DNA of 64,000 nt, from the NCBI GenBank assembly GCA_951406725.2, contig OX597836.1, positions 9,548,001 to 9,612,000 of the forward strand, in the 5' to 3' direction. How positions within the stretch are numbered: the stretch's first letter is position 1; each line of letters starts with the position of its first letter. The stretch is from Octopus vulgaris (Eukaryota). The notes under the pieces are model-generated. The model saw nothing but the letters and a program-made list of their open reading frames with translations. It did no database searches and was not told the DNA's origin. Shown in pieces: positions 54,120 to 64,000 of this stretch. The position numbers were made by a program, and so were the translations under genes.

Positions 54120-54995
54120 TGCTGGGGCATGGCCATTTGGTGTTGCTACATAATTTTACTTCATGAATGCTTTTTAGGAATTGACATTTGGTGCATGAGA
54201 GAGTTTGACGCAGCTGCCCTCATCTGCACCTCTTGCTGCAAAGTTGGTTCATCTGGGACACTTGACAGGAAGAGGTCCAGCTTTATTTTGAAGACACCTA
54301 CATCCACCCAATGCAGGTCTCTCAGGTCCTTCAGGAGGATATTGAAGAGCTGTGGACCTCTGAAGCCCAGGCTATTGCAGTATCTTGTCCAACTTCTTGG
54401 TGGCAAATTTGGGGTCATTGGCACTATGCAGTGATGCCCAGTTCTAGTATTTGTGTAACTCTTGATGCCAAAGTTTGGGACAAGTCCTTCCAGGATCTTC
54501 CAGATGTATATTATGGCATATCTTTCTTGCCTATGCTCTAAGGAATAGAGTCTTAATCTCTTGAGTCTTGGCAAACTTGTAGAAAGCTCTGGGGTAATAT
54601 TTTATATTGTCTAAAGCCCAGGCTTCTTTGTCTGCTCTTTCTTTTGCATGGGGGAGCAGCAGACTTTTTTCAATCTCCAGCAGTTGTATTTTCAGGTGGG
54701 ACATTTCACTGCTTTCAATTTGTTTGTTTAGGCGATTTGAGACTTTTGTATGCCATCTTATAAGAATTTTCCTCTCCCTGGGGATTTTGTTCTTGTGTAC
54801 AGTGGCATTTCTCTCTGGGACACATTTGTAACATATGGCTTGCATTACAGACATGAATTGTTGAAGTTCCATGTCGATGTCTGCTGGGGAGAAACATTTA
54901 CACCTGTTTTGTTCGAGGATCTCTTTCTCAATTTGTTTCCAGTTTGCCTATTGGAAGTTCAAGCAGGGAAGATTCTCAGAGTTTCTTGTAGGCTG
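54120..54995 (-). mobile_element. CR1/L2-group LINE fragment with internal deletion
   Basis: RLKRLRLYSLEHRQERYAIIYIWKIL...[16 protein letters not shown], joined directly to an upstream ORF2 part (PRAFYKFAK). Confidence 0.8.
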
Positions 54996-55318
54996 CATGC
55001 ATGCATGTATGTATGTATGTATGTATGTATGTATGTATGTATGTATGTATGTATGTATGTATGTATGTATGTATGTATGTATGAATGTATGTATGTATGT
55101 ATGTATGTATGTATGTATGTATGTATGTACTTTATTATTAAAGCTGCAAATGTATAAAAATTTTCGCAAAAATCTGCTACTCAGAGTTTAATGTTCCTAT
55201 TCGTTGGACGGTTTCAATTGAGAATGTGTGTGTTTGTGTGTGTGTGTGTGTATTTCTGTGTGTGTGTGTGTGTGTGTGTGTATTTGTGTGCGTGTGTGTG
55301 TGTGTGTATGTATGTATA

Positions 55319-55379
<61 letters not shown>

Positions 55380-55757
55380 CTCTTATTATAAAAGGCAGAT
55401 TTTTATCTGCCTCCCTTTGGGAGTTATACAAATCTACAATATAGGATTTCTTCAATTACAATTTACCTAGCAATTTTAAGAGTACAATGCATCGCGTCAT
55501 GCCAGGTCCAGTTTTTAAAATTTAAACTCCAATTAAGCAAAATTTACAGAAAACTCACATTCTGGTGTGTGTGTCAAATGCTTTTCTTAGTCTGGTTTAC
55601 ACCACACGCAAACGCACACACACAGTGGGCAGCGAATAAAATGAAAGTAATTTACTTACTGTAGTGAGTGATTCTTTCACTCTGCCTCCCACTTCCTCTT
55701 TCAACACAGACACGCAAATATATAAATAAAATTGTAAGCTAACGTGCGTGTGTGTGA

Positions 55758-55793
<36 letters not shown>

Positions 55794-55801
55794 GTGTGAG
55801 G

Positions 55802-55832
<31 letters not shown>

Positions 55833-55887
55833 CGTGTGCGCGAGTGTGTGACAGGAAAGTTTTTTACGACGAATATAAGTAGCAGAA

Positions 55888-56581
55888 AGATAAGACAGTA
55901 AGGTGTGATTTGAGGGAGATTTGGCTGCTATTTCTACCATGTCTAGCTGCCATGTAGGGGTCTCTCTCATAGGCTCATACATACATATATACATAGATAA
56001 GACAGTAAGGTGTGATTTGGGGGAAATTTGGCTGCTATTTCTACCAGGTCTAGCTGCCATGTAGGGGTCTCCCTCATAGGCTCATACATACATATATACA
56101 TAGATAAGACAGTAAGGTGTGATTTGGGGGAAATTTGGCTGCTATTTCTACCAGGTCTAGCTGCCATGTAGGGGTCTCCCTCATAGGCTCATACATACAT
56201 ATATACATAGATAAGACAGTAAGGTGTGATTTGGGGGAAATTTGGCTGCTATTTCTACCAGGTCTAGCTGCCATGTAGGGGTCTCCCTCATAGGCTCATA
56301 CATACATATATACATAGATAAGACAGTAAGGTGTGATTTGGGGGAAATTTGGCTGCTATTTCTACCAGGTCTAGCTGCCATGTAGGGGTCTCCCTCATAG
56401 GCTCATACATACATATATACATAGATAAGACAGTAAGGTGTGATTTGGGGGAAATTTGGCTGCTATTTCTACCAGGTCTAGCTACCATGTAGAGGTCCCC
56501 CTCATTGGCTCATATATATATACATACATAAGACAGTAAGGTGTGATTTGAGGGAGATTTGGCTGCTGTTTCTACCAGGTC
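55888..56581. repeat. 107-bp tandem repeat, ~6.5 copies
   Basis: Identical internal units; ORF-track starts recur every 107 bp. Confidence 0.95.
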
Positions 56582-56907
56582 TGTTAGGCCTTCTCATGTA
56601 AACTCAAGCTTTCTTATGCCTTGAACATAAGACCAAAGCAGAGAATGTATTCTTTTATTCTTCTGCTTTTTCCAGCCATTGGTCTGTGGCCATGCTGGGG
56701 CAATGCCTTGAAGAATTGTAGGTTAATGAATCAACTCCAGTTTTATTTTTGTAAGCATTGTACTTATTCTATCTGTTTCCACTAGGTGACAGGGATGTAA
56801 ACAAACCAACATTCGTTGTCAAGCAGTGGTGGAGGACAATCACAAGCACAGACACGCACACACACACACATACATGCATACATATATATATATGTGTGTA
56901 TATATAT

Positions 56908-57227
56908 ATTGCAGCGTGGAAGGTGTTTGTAAGCCATTTAAGAAACACACAAAAACCGTTACATTCACTTCAACATTTAAATTTCATTTGCCAAAATATT
57001 TTCGTCGCTTTGAGACCGCGACCTGTTCACTGACAAAAATATCGTGCTAACAGGTAGCGGTCTCAAAGCGACGAAAATATTTTGACAAATTAAATTTAAA
57101 TGTTGAAGTGAATCTAACGGTTTTTGTGTGTTTCTTAAATGGCTTATAAACACCTTCAACGCTGCAACTGTTTTCGTTCCAGCACACGATCTCAGATCAA
57201 GTCACTTGCTATGCAAGTACATCTCTG
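56908..57227 (+). mobile_element. Palindromic pLTR-like element, same family as 48126-48471
   Basis: Inverted arms attgcagcgtggaagg... / ...caccttcaacgctgcaa and the same tail gcacacgatctcagatcaagtcacttgctatgcaagtacatctc. Confidence 0.8.
56987..57037 (-). ncRNA. Hammerhead-like ribozyme, G3-C8 variant
   Basis: UUUGUCA GUGAACAG GUCGC ggucucaaa GCGAC GAAAAUAUUU UGGCAAA; the stem I change retains a G-U pair. Confidence 0.62.
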
Positions 57228-57240
57228 TAACTATTTATAC

Positions 57241-57278
<38 letters not shown>

Positions 57279-57341
57279 TGTTAAAAACAGTAAGATAACA
57301 AAAGAAAGAAAGAGACCTCAATATTATGTAAATAGAGGAAA

Positions 57342-57736
57342 TCTTTATATATAAAAGTGAGGTTGTGTGTCTGTCTCCTACGATTTAGATTCCTAACTAC
57401 TCCCACATTTTGCGGTGCAGTTTAACCAAAAGCGGGTATCTTATAGTCGTGATTCATATCGAGACCGTCTGGGTATTAGCGCGCGTCTACGATGAGTCTA
57501 CGATTTAAAAAAAAAATTACCATCAATTTTTCCCATTTTTAATCCATTTTTGACATATATAAGGGAAGTAACTCTCTAAAATTTATTATTAAATCTCAGA
57601 ACGTAAAAAGCTACAGTAACACCCCTCCCCCTTTGTGGTTAGCCATATTGAGATGGCTATTATACTTTACATCTCTAAAAATGCTTATATAATTATTTCC
57701 CTTACAAACCCGAGCAACGCCGGGCGATACTGCTAG
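57342..57736 (+). mobile_element. Non-autonomous Helitron, different 5' body with shared 3' end
   Basis: Starts A|TCTTTATATATAAA; ends cccgagcaacgccgggcgatactgCTAG|T. Confidence 0.78.
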
Positions 57737-57863
57737 TATATATATATATATGAAAGAAAATGTGAAAATGCAATTTTAAAAGGTTTGACTTTTTTAGAAA
57801 AAGATTGTCAAAAGTAAAATGTAAAAGCTTACGTTATTCTGTTTTATATAATTCACATTTTTT

Positions 57864-58206
57864 TATATATTATTAACATAGTATTTGTAAATTTAATTTT
57901 ATTTGGAACACTATATATTATTAACATAGTTTTTGTAAATTTAATTTTATTTGGAACACTATATATTATTAACATAGTTTTTGTAAATTTAATTTTATTT
58001 GGAACACTATATATTATTAACATAGTTTTTGTAAATTTAATTTTATTTGGAACACTATATATTATTAACATAGTTTTTGTAAATTTAATTTTATTTGGAA
58101 CACTATATATTATTAACATAGTTTTTGTAAATTTAATTTTATTTGGAACACTATATATTATTAACATAGTTTTTGTAAATTTAATTTTATTTGGAACACT
58201 ATATAT
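57864..58206. repeat. 48-bp AT-rich minisatellite, ~7 copies
   Basis: Unit ttttgtaaatttaattttatttggaacactatatattattaacatagt. Confidence 0.93.
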
Positions 58207-58233
58207 GTAGAGTCCAGCAAAACTAATTTAAAC

Positions 58234-58621
58234 ATACCTAATTTAAACATACCTATTTTACACATACTTAAGGGTTCTAAAAAATTAAATATAGTTTATT
58301 GTATTGAATGTTGATAAAATTATATAAGGGCCTGATGATTGGGGTGGCATCTTGAGAGGGGTTCCAGGGAAACACGGAGCGGTTTAGGAACCCGAAGATG
58401 TACCTCATGAAACACGTGTTGCCAAGTAATAAAACAGTAGGTATTTAAAATAAAAATAAAAATTCTTTTTATTTGGCGAGATAAACCTGGAACCCCTCTC
58501 AAGATGCCACCCCAATCATCAGGTCCTTATATGATTTTATCAACATTCAATTCAATAAACTATATTTTAATTTTTTAAAACCCTTAAGTATGTGTAAAAT
58601 AGGTATGTTTAAATTAGGTAT
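58234..58621. repeat. ~135-bp inverted repeat (58234-58369 / 58486-58621)
   Basis: The arms are reverse complements with a few mismatches. Confidence 0.88.
58328..58423 (+). ncRNA. Type I hammerhead-like ribozyme with extended stem II
   Basis: GGC CUGAUGA UUGGGGUGGCAUCUU...GGGUUCC...GGAACCC..AAGAUGUACCUCAU GAAAC ACGU GUU GCC: canonical core and palindromic stem III AACACGUGUU. Confidence 0.65.
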
Positions 58622-58729
58622 TTATATATATATATAACTGTATATATATTTGTATGTCCTTGTGTGTTGGATATATAATATAACAAAGCAGGGTGGGAGA
58701 AAGTATATACACAAAACATTAATATTACT

Positions 58730-60034
58730 TGTGGTGTCGGTGGTGAGGACGACAGATAAGGGAGGGCGGAAGTAGGGCTTGCAGGGGCCCGGTGGAAGAC
58801 TGGAGGGCGCATGTGCGGGGGGAAGCGGTAGCGGTCAAGAGGCATGCACGTGTGGCGATCAACGAAGCCAGCGTTTTGAGCAGAGACGAGGAAGCGACTG
58901 GACGTGCCAAGTTTGGTAAGAGACCTGATCTTCGCCGAGGTAAGACCTGTTTGTATTTCCTTCTCCTTCTGTTGTCCTCTTCATCCATCACACTACATGC
59001 TATTTCGGCACATAAAGAGAAAAAAAAAAAAACGAACGATGAGTGTCCGTATTTCGCACGAAATGATAAAACCGTCTTGTGGCGACATGGATGTAGTCTC
59101 TTGGTTGAAGAAAGTGAAGTTGGTGGTGAAGCTCCATGGTATAAGTGACCTGGTGAGCTTCATGCCACTGTACTGGGATGGTCCAGCATTGGCGCTGTAT
59201 CTAGAGATGGAGGAGACAGACCAACTCAGCACGGAGAAAGTGGAAATCCGGTTGATGGAGGCCTTTGCGGAGGGAATGTTTGAGGCATACGCTTGCCTGG
59301 GTAGAACAAGATGGACTGGGGAACAGGTGGACGTGTTTGCCAATGAATTTGCGACCCGGGGCGGAGGAAGAGCACACCTTCGTGCATGTTGGGGAAGAAG
59401 TTTGGGTAAAACCCCCAAACGCACGGTGTACATCACGATGGGGAAAGGGGACAATAACCTCTGTAAATTCAAAGAACAACATCTCGGTCGATCGTATGCC
59501 ATGCCACATTTTGGATATACGGAGGATTGTCCATGCCTCAGAGGATGGGACCAGCAGCAGTGGGCAAGATGAAAACAACACCAGTAGACAGGATGATGAG
59601 GCCAGCAGCAACATGCCAGGAACCAGTCCTAGGGTCGCACTGCGACCACAGAGGGAACGGCACCCTCCTCCCTGGTTGGCTGATTATGAAACCAGTTAGG
59701 GTGTGAGTTCGGGAGCGGGGAGCGAGTGAGAAAGCCATTTCAGTGATCTGTAGATCAGGGGGGGCGTGTGGTGTCGGTGGAGAGGACGACAAATAAATGA
59801 GGGCGGAAGTAGGGCTTGCAGGGGCCTGGTGGAAGACCGGAGGGCGCATGTGCGGGGGGAAGCGGAAGCGGTCAAGCAGCACGCACGTGTGGCAATCAAC
59901 GAAGCCAGCCTTTTGAGCAGAGACGAGGAAGCGACTGGACATGCCGAGTTCGGTAAGAGACCTGATCTTCGTCGAGGTAAGACCTGTTTGTATTTCCTTC
60001 TCCTTCTGTTGTCCTCTTCATCCATCACACTACA
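58730..60034 (+). mobile_element. Internally deleted Ty3/gypsy-type LTR element (TRIM-like); LTRs 58730-58997 and 59767-60034
   Basis: Two 268-bp TG...CA direct repeats, 5-bp TSD TTACT, and a G-rich PPT before the 3' LTR. The interior has a gag-like N-terminus (DVVSWLKKVKLV...GEQVDVFANE) joined to an integrase-tail-like segment (VGEEVWVKPPNARCT...RPQRERHPPPWLADY). Confidence 0.9.
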
Positions 60035-60215
60035 TTACTATTACAAAAACCTGAAATGCTCTGAATCGTGGCAACAAGTATTTCCGAACTTGATATGCTA
60101 ACGACCTGAAAATTGTCAACTTAATAGTTGTGTCACAGTACACTAAGAGTGATATGAGGTAGGTCAGAAACTTTCCACAATACGCACACACACACACACA
60201 CTATATATATATATG

Positions 60216-60273
<58 letters not shown>

Positions 60274-60529
60274 CATACATACATATATGTATATATATAT
60301 ATATATATACAAAATAAGAAAATGGAGAAATATATCTAAATCATTCATCAACTATCAGATAATACCGAATCACATACTTTATTAAACCACTACACAAGAA
60401 CATTAAGGTTAGACATAAAAATATATAATAAAACAGTGTACAAGAAAGAGTTATACAGTACAATAATTACAATCATTATAAGAGGATATAACTAAATAAA
60501 TATAAAAAGATATAAATATACATATACAC

Positions 60530-60660
60530 TATAACTTATAGCTGTTTCGGCCATGCAGATAAGTATGTCTCATTTTACCTATATTAGCCATGTATTGTAG
60601 GTCAATATGAAGTTATAAATGAGACATTAACAAAAATATCTTAAGGCCTCTTCAGAGATT
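60530..60660 (-). ncRNA. Degenerate hammerhead-like motif with long stem II insert, downstream of the PLE endonuclease ORF
   Basis: CUGAAGA GGCC ...~95 nt... GGCC GAAACAGCUAUAAG, on the same strand as the GIY-YIG ORF. Confidence 0.5.
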
Positions 60661-61035
60661 CTAAAGTATAAACCAAGTTACATATATACTTATATAAGTA
60701 TGGGTACATACCCATAATAAATCATTTACATATAAATATGAGTGCATATACTCATACTCTTATATATACACATATACATATACATAATAATATAAATAAT
60801 ATAAATCAATAAACATATAGATGTTCTATATTGAATGTTACAATTTTTCAACTTTATATTAAGATATTACAACATAGAGAACATAGACATATTCATACTT
60901 AATGCAGATATATATAGTAAACAGTACATATATTAATTTGTATTAATTTACAAAAAGTCATTAATGTTAATACCAATACTGTTATCAATAACAATAATGC
61001 TACCAATATCAATATTCTTATTACTAATAACATCA

Positions 61036-61417
61036 TCTCTCTATATATAAACGGCAGTTTGTCTGTGCGTGTTTCTGTGTGTCTGTTTGCTTGTACCCTC
61101 ACCCTGACCACGGCTTTCAACCGATTCTGATGAAACTTGACACACACATAGCTCAATGTCATAATTCAAAACTAACGCAGCGAAAATTTTGAAAAGTTCC
61201 CCCAGTTCTGAAAAATCGATAAATTCGACATGGGGTCGAGAATCAGAAACACAAACCGCAAACTGTCTAGGGGACGCAACTCCACCTTTTTTTACTCTCA
61301 AAAAAGATTTACCAACATTTTTTTCCATTTTTTTTCTATTTTTTGGCTATAACTCTCTAAAAATGCTTTATAGTTATTTCCCTTACAAACCTGAGCAACG
61401 CCGGGCGATACTGCTAG
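61036..61417 (+). mobile_element. Non-autonomous Helitron (same family as 3654-4037)
   Basis: TC...hairpin...CTAG, inserted at A|T, no TSD. Confidence 0.82.
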
Positions 61418-62558
61418 TTACTAATAAAACAATACATATATCACATAATTAGCAATATAGTAGCAAAACTAAATACCAACAAAATACCACAGTATTATGC
61501 AAGGCATCAAATATCTGCACATACATGCAAGCAGTCAAATTATTCTGTTTACATGGTATTAATTTCCACAGATGCATTTGATTGGCCTATACTTTTAAAT
61601 TTGAATTACAATAGTTATTTTACGGTTGGTTAGCTGGGAAACATACACATGCGCACGCACATTTACAAACGTGCGCACATACTCATATACACAACCAAAT
61701 CACAACATAACATAAGAGATACTAGCCCACCCATACACGCATACTCACATGCACAACCAAATCATAACATAGCATAAGAGATACTAGCTCACCTATACAC
61801 ACACATACATGCTTTCAAACAGATCCACTCACATATGTCCATAAATCCGTATATGCAATCATGCATACATTTATACCTAGATGAAGAATGTAAATTATCA
61901 TAAGTTACATAATTAAAATAACATCGCATTTTTCGTAAACAAATTATCTTAGAACTAAAAATGTCCAATCATTATATCTCCACTACGCCTCCACTCAAAC
62001 ATTTACCAAATTATAAAATACAAAATACATGTTTATGTTTGGCTATCAAAGGACGCATAAACACATACATACCAAGTTAACACAAATTTCCATTAATTAA
62101 GTTATAAGAAATTAATTGTAAATAGTCAAAATACGCCACTATTCCAAGATATATAATCAAAACAACACCGTACATTTTATACACAAAACATCACATCATT
62201 TGAACTCTTACATCGCTACATCACCATTACACTTCTATTCAATCTCTCACCAACAAACCAGGAAAACTATATTCACATCCACACATCCCTATACACACAC
62301 TCACACATATGTATACTCGTGCATTACAACAAACATATGTGCATTCACATTTAATGTGTATGCAAACATTCGCAGTACATATATATATATTCAAATATCA
62401 GCGGACGCACAAATACATATATAATAATTAACAGGACCCACCATTAAATAATATATAAGTAAAAAATTATAAATTAAATTAATTATAAATTAATAAGTGT
62501 TATTACTTAAAAATAAAATATAATAAAATAAAATAAAATAAATAAAAATAAAAATTGA

Positions 62559-62601
<43 letters not shown>

Positions 62602-63209
62602 AAATAATAAAAAATAAAATACAATAAAAATAATAAAGTTTAAAAATATATAAATAAAATAAAATAAAATAGAAAAAAAAATAAATAAATAAATAAATAA
62701 ATAAACAAAAAAACAAAAATAAATAAATAAATAAACAAGTAAAAAATAATTAGATATATATGTATTTATCTACATATAAATAAATGAATAGATAAATAGA
62801 TAAATACCATAAAATACAAATTAAGATGAGTATAAAGATAAACTTAATATATAAGACTGCCAAAAACCCATATGCTCAACCAAAATAAACAATGTATACT
62901 CAATATAGACTCGCATTTATTACATATTAGTATGACAGAATCTAAAACCAGCTCCCCAAAATATGATACGCATACACACCCGTCAACTTTGGAAATCTCT
63001 ATGAATATCAGAGTGCCATGCATATCCCAAAATATATATATATTTTTGGTATATTTTTTACAAGCCAGGACAACAAACAATCAATATAGAACATATATAT
63101 GTAGATACAAAATTATAAATTTATAAATTATAAGTTTCAAATTATAAAGACCAATAGTACAATCAAGTGTAGAGGATTGTTAAACGATTACTGGTAGAAA
63201 AGCTAGGTG

Positions 63210-64000
63210 TTATTTAAATCTAGAGAAAGTATACGCTAATTTGTGAATGCAAAACCAATTTCGCTCGTTAATATTATTAATAATAGGTATTCCAGCTTTG
63301 ATGATGAAAAAAATTTCATTAATACATAGAGAGCATTTTTTATTTTTACTATTGTATACAGATGCAGAAGTTAGTATTTTCCAATTTAATTTAACATCTA
63401 TGTTCTTACTTTTGAGTTCCCAAATATATGTACTTAACCCCGTAGAGTACATCCTGTTTTTATTTTTAAAAGTATATCTATGATAGTTTAGTCTTTGTTT
63501 CATGCTATTCTTAGTTGCTCCGATGTATACCCTACTGCTATATTGTGTATCTACAGTGCATTGATAAACTACCTCTTTTTTGAGGCATTCATTACCAAAC
63601 ACACATTGATTCCTATTTCTGAAATTGCAGTTATCAACAGGTTGAGGTAATTTAACCTTGGCCAAATTCCCTGTAACTTTATTCCTATTAATAGTATTAT
63701 AATTATTTACACTATCTAATCCCAAATTTAATGAGTGATTATGTTTAATATTATTGGTGATATTCTTATCAATAGTAATTGTATTGGTGATAGTAGTATC
63801 ATCCATTACATTAATATTTTTCCTTACAGGTATGGTACTATCATAATTAGCAAGAGGGTTGTTCACGTTAGCTCTAAAAGATTTATTGTCTCTACGATTA
63901 TAGAGAGGCAAATTACTATTACCCAAATTCAACTTTCTATCATTATAGAAGCAATCCAGTTTCCTGTTATTAAATGAGGAGATGATAGTGGCTAAATTAT
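63210..64000 (-). mobile_element. Penelope-like element (Neptune-type) GIY-YIG endonuclease region; element likely continues beyond the window
   Basis: ORF 63210..63932 has a Cys-rich linker, VVYQC...VYIGAT...KQRLNYH, LSTYIWELK, WKIL, CSLC and a terminal CIH, typical of PLE GIY-YIG domains. Confidence 0.85.

Noticed and set aside
56025-56050. TAGAAATAGC resemblance to the Cas9 sgRNA scaffold (- strand of the 107-bp unit)
   Set aside because: Short match explained by a GAAA-loop hairpin; no other scaffold sequence is present.

Overview
Eukaryotic, AT-rich and repeat-saturated DNA. The SINE families, (TA)n/(AAT)n microsatellites and LINE/Penelope content point to a cephalopod, most likely Octopus (inference). 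There are two host genes, arranged tail to tail. The first is a + strand CDR2/CDR2L (cerebellar degeneration-related protein 2-like) gene with five frame-consistent GT-AG exons between 20351 and 37419; its first coding exon was not found. The second is a - strand type II membrane GT-B fucosyltransferase-like gene whose catalytic domain lies in one exon (51740-50571). The rest is mobile DNA: tRNA-derived SINEs, CR1/RTE/R4-like LINE fragments, piggyBac-, Tc1/mariner- and MULE-like MITEs, non-autonomous Helitrons, an internally deleted Ty3/gypsy element with both LTRs and a 5-bp TSD, and Penelope-like (GIY-YIG) remnants. The most interesting signal, which the ORF track cannot show, is about 10 hammerhead-ribozyme-like motifs. 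Several sit in short non-coding palindromic elements. One family carries a non-canonical G3-C8 core (GUGAACAG) with apparent stem covariation, and others have greatly extended stem II. All structures were read by eye and need computational and biochemical confirmation. Most short ORFs in the track are repeat artefacts.
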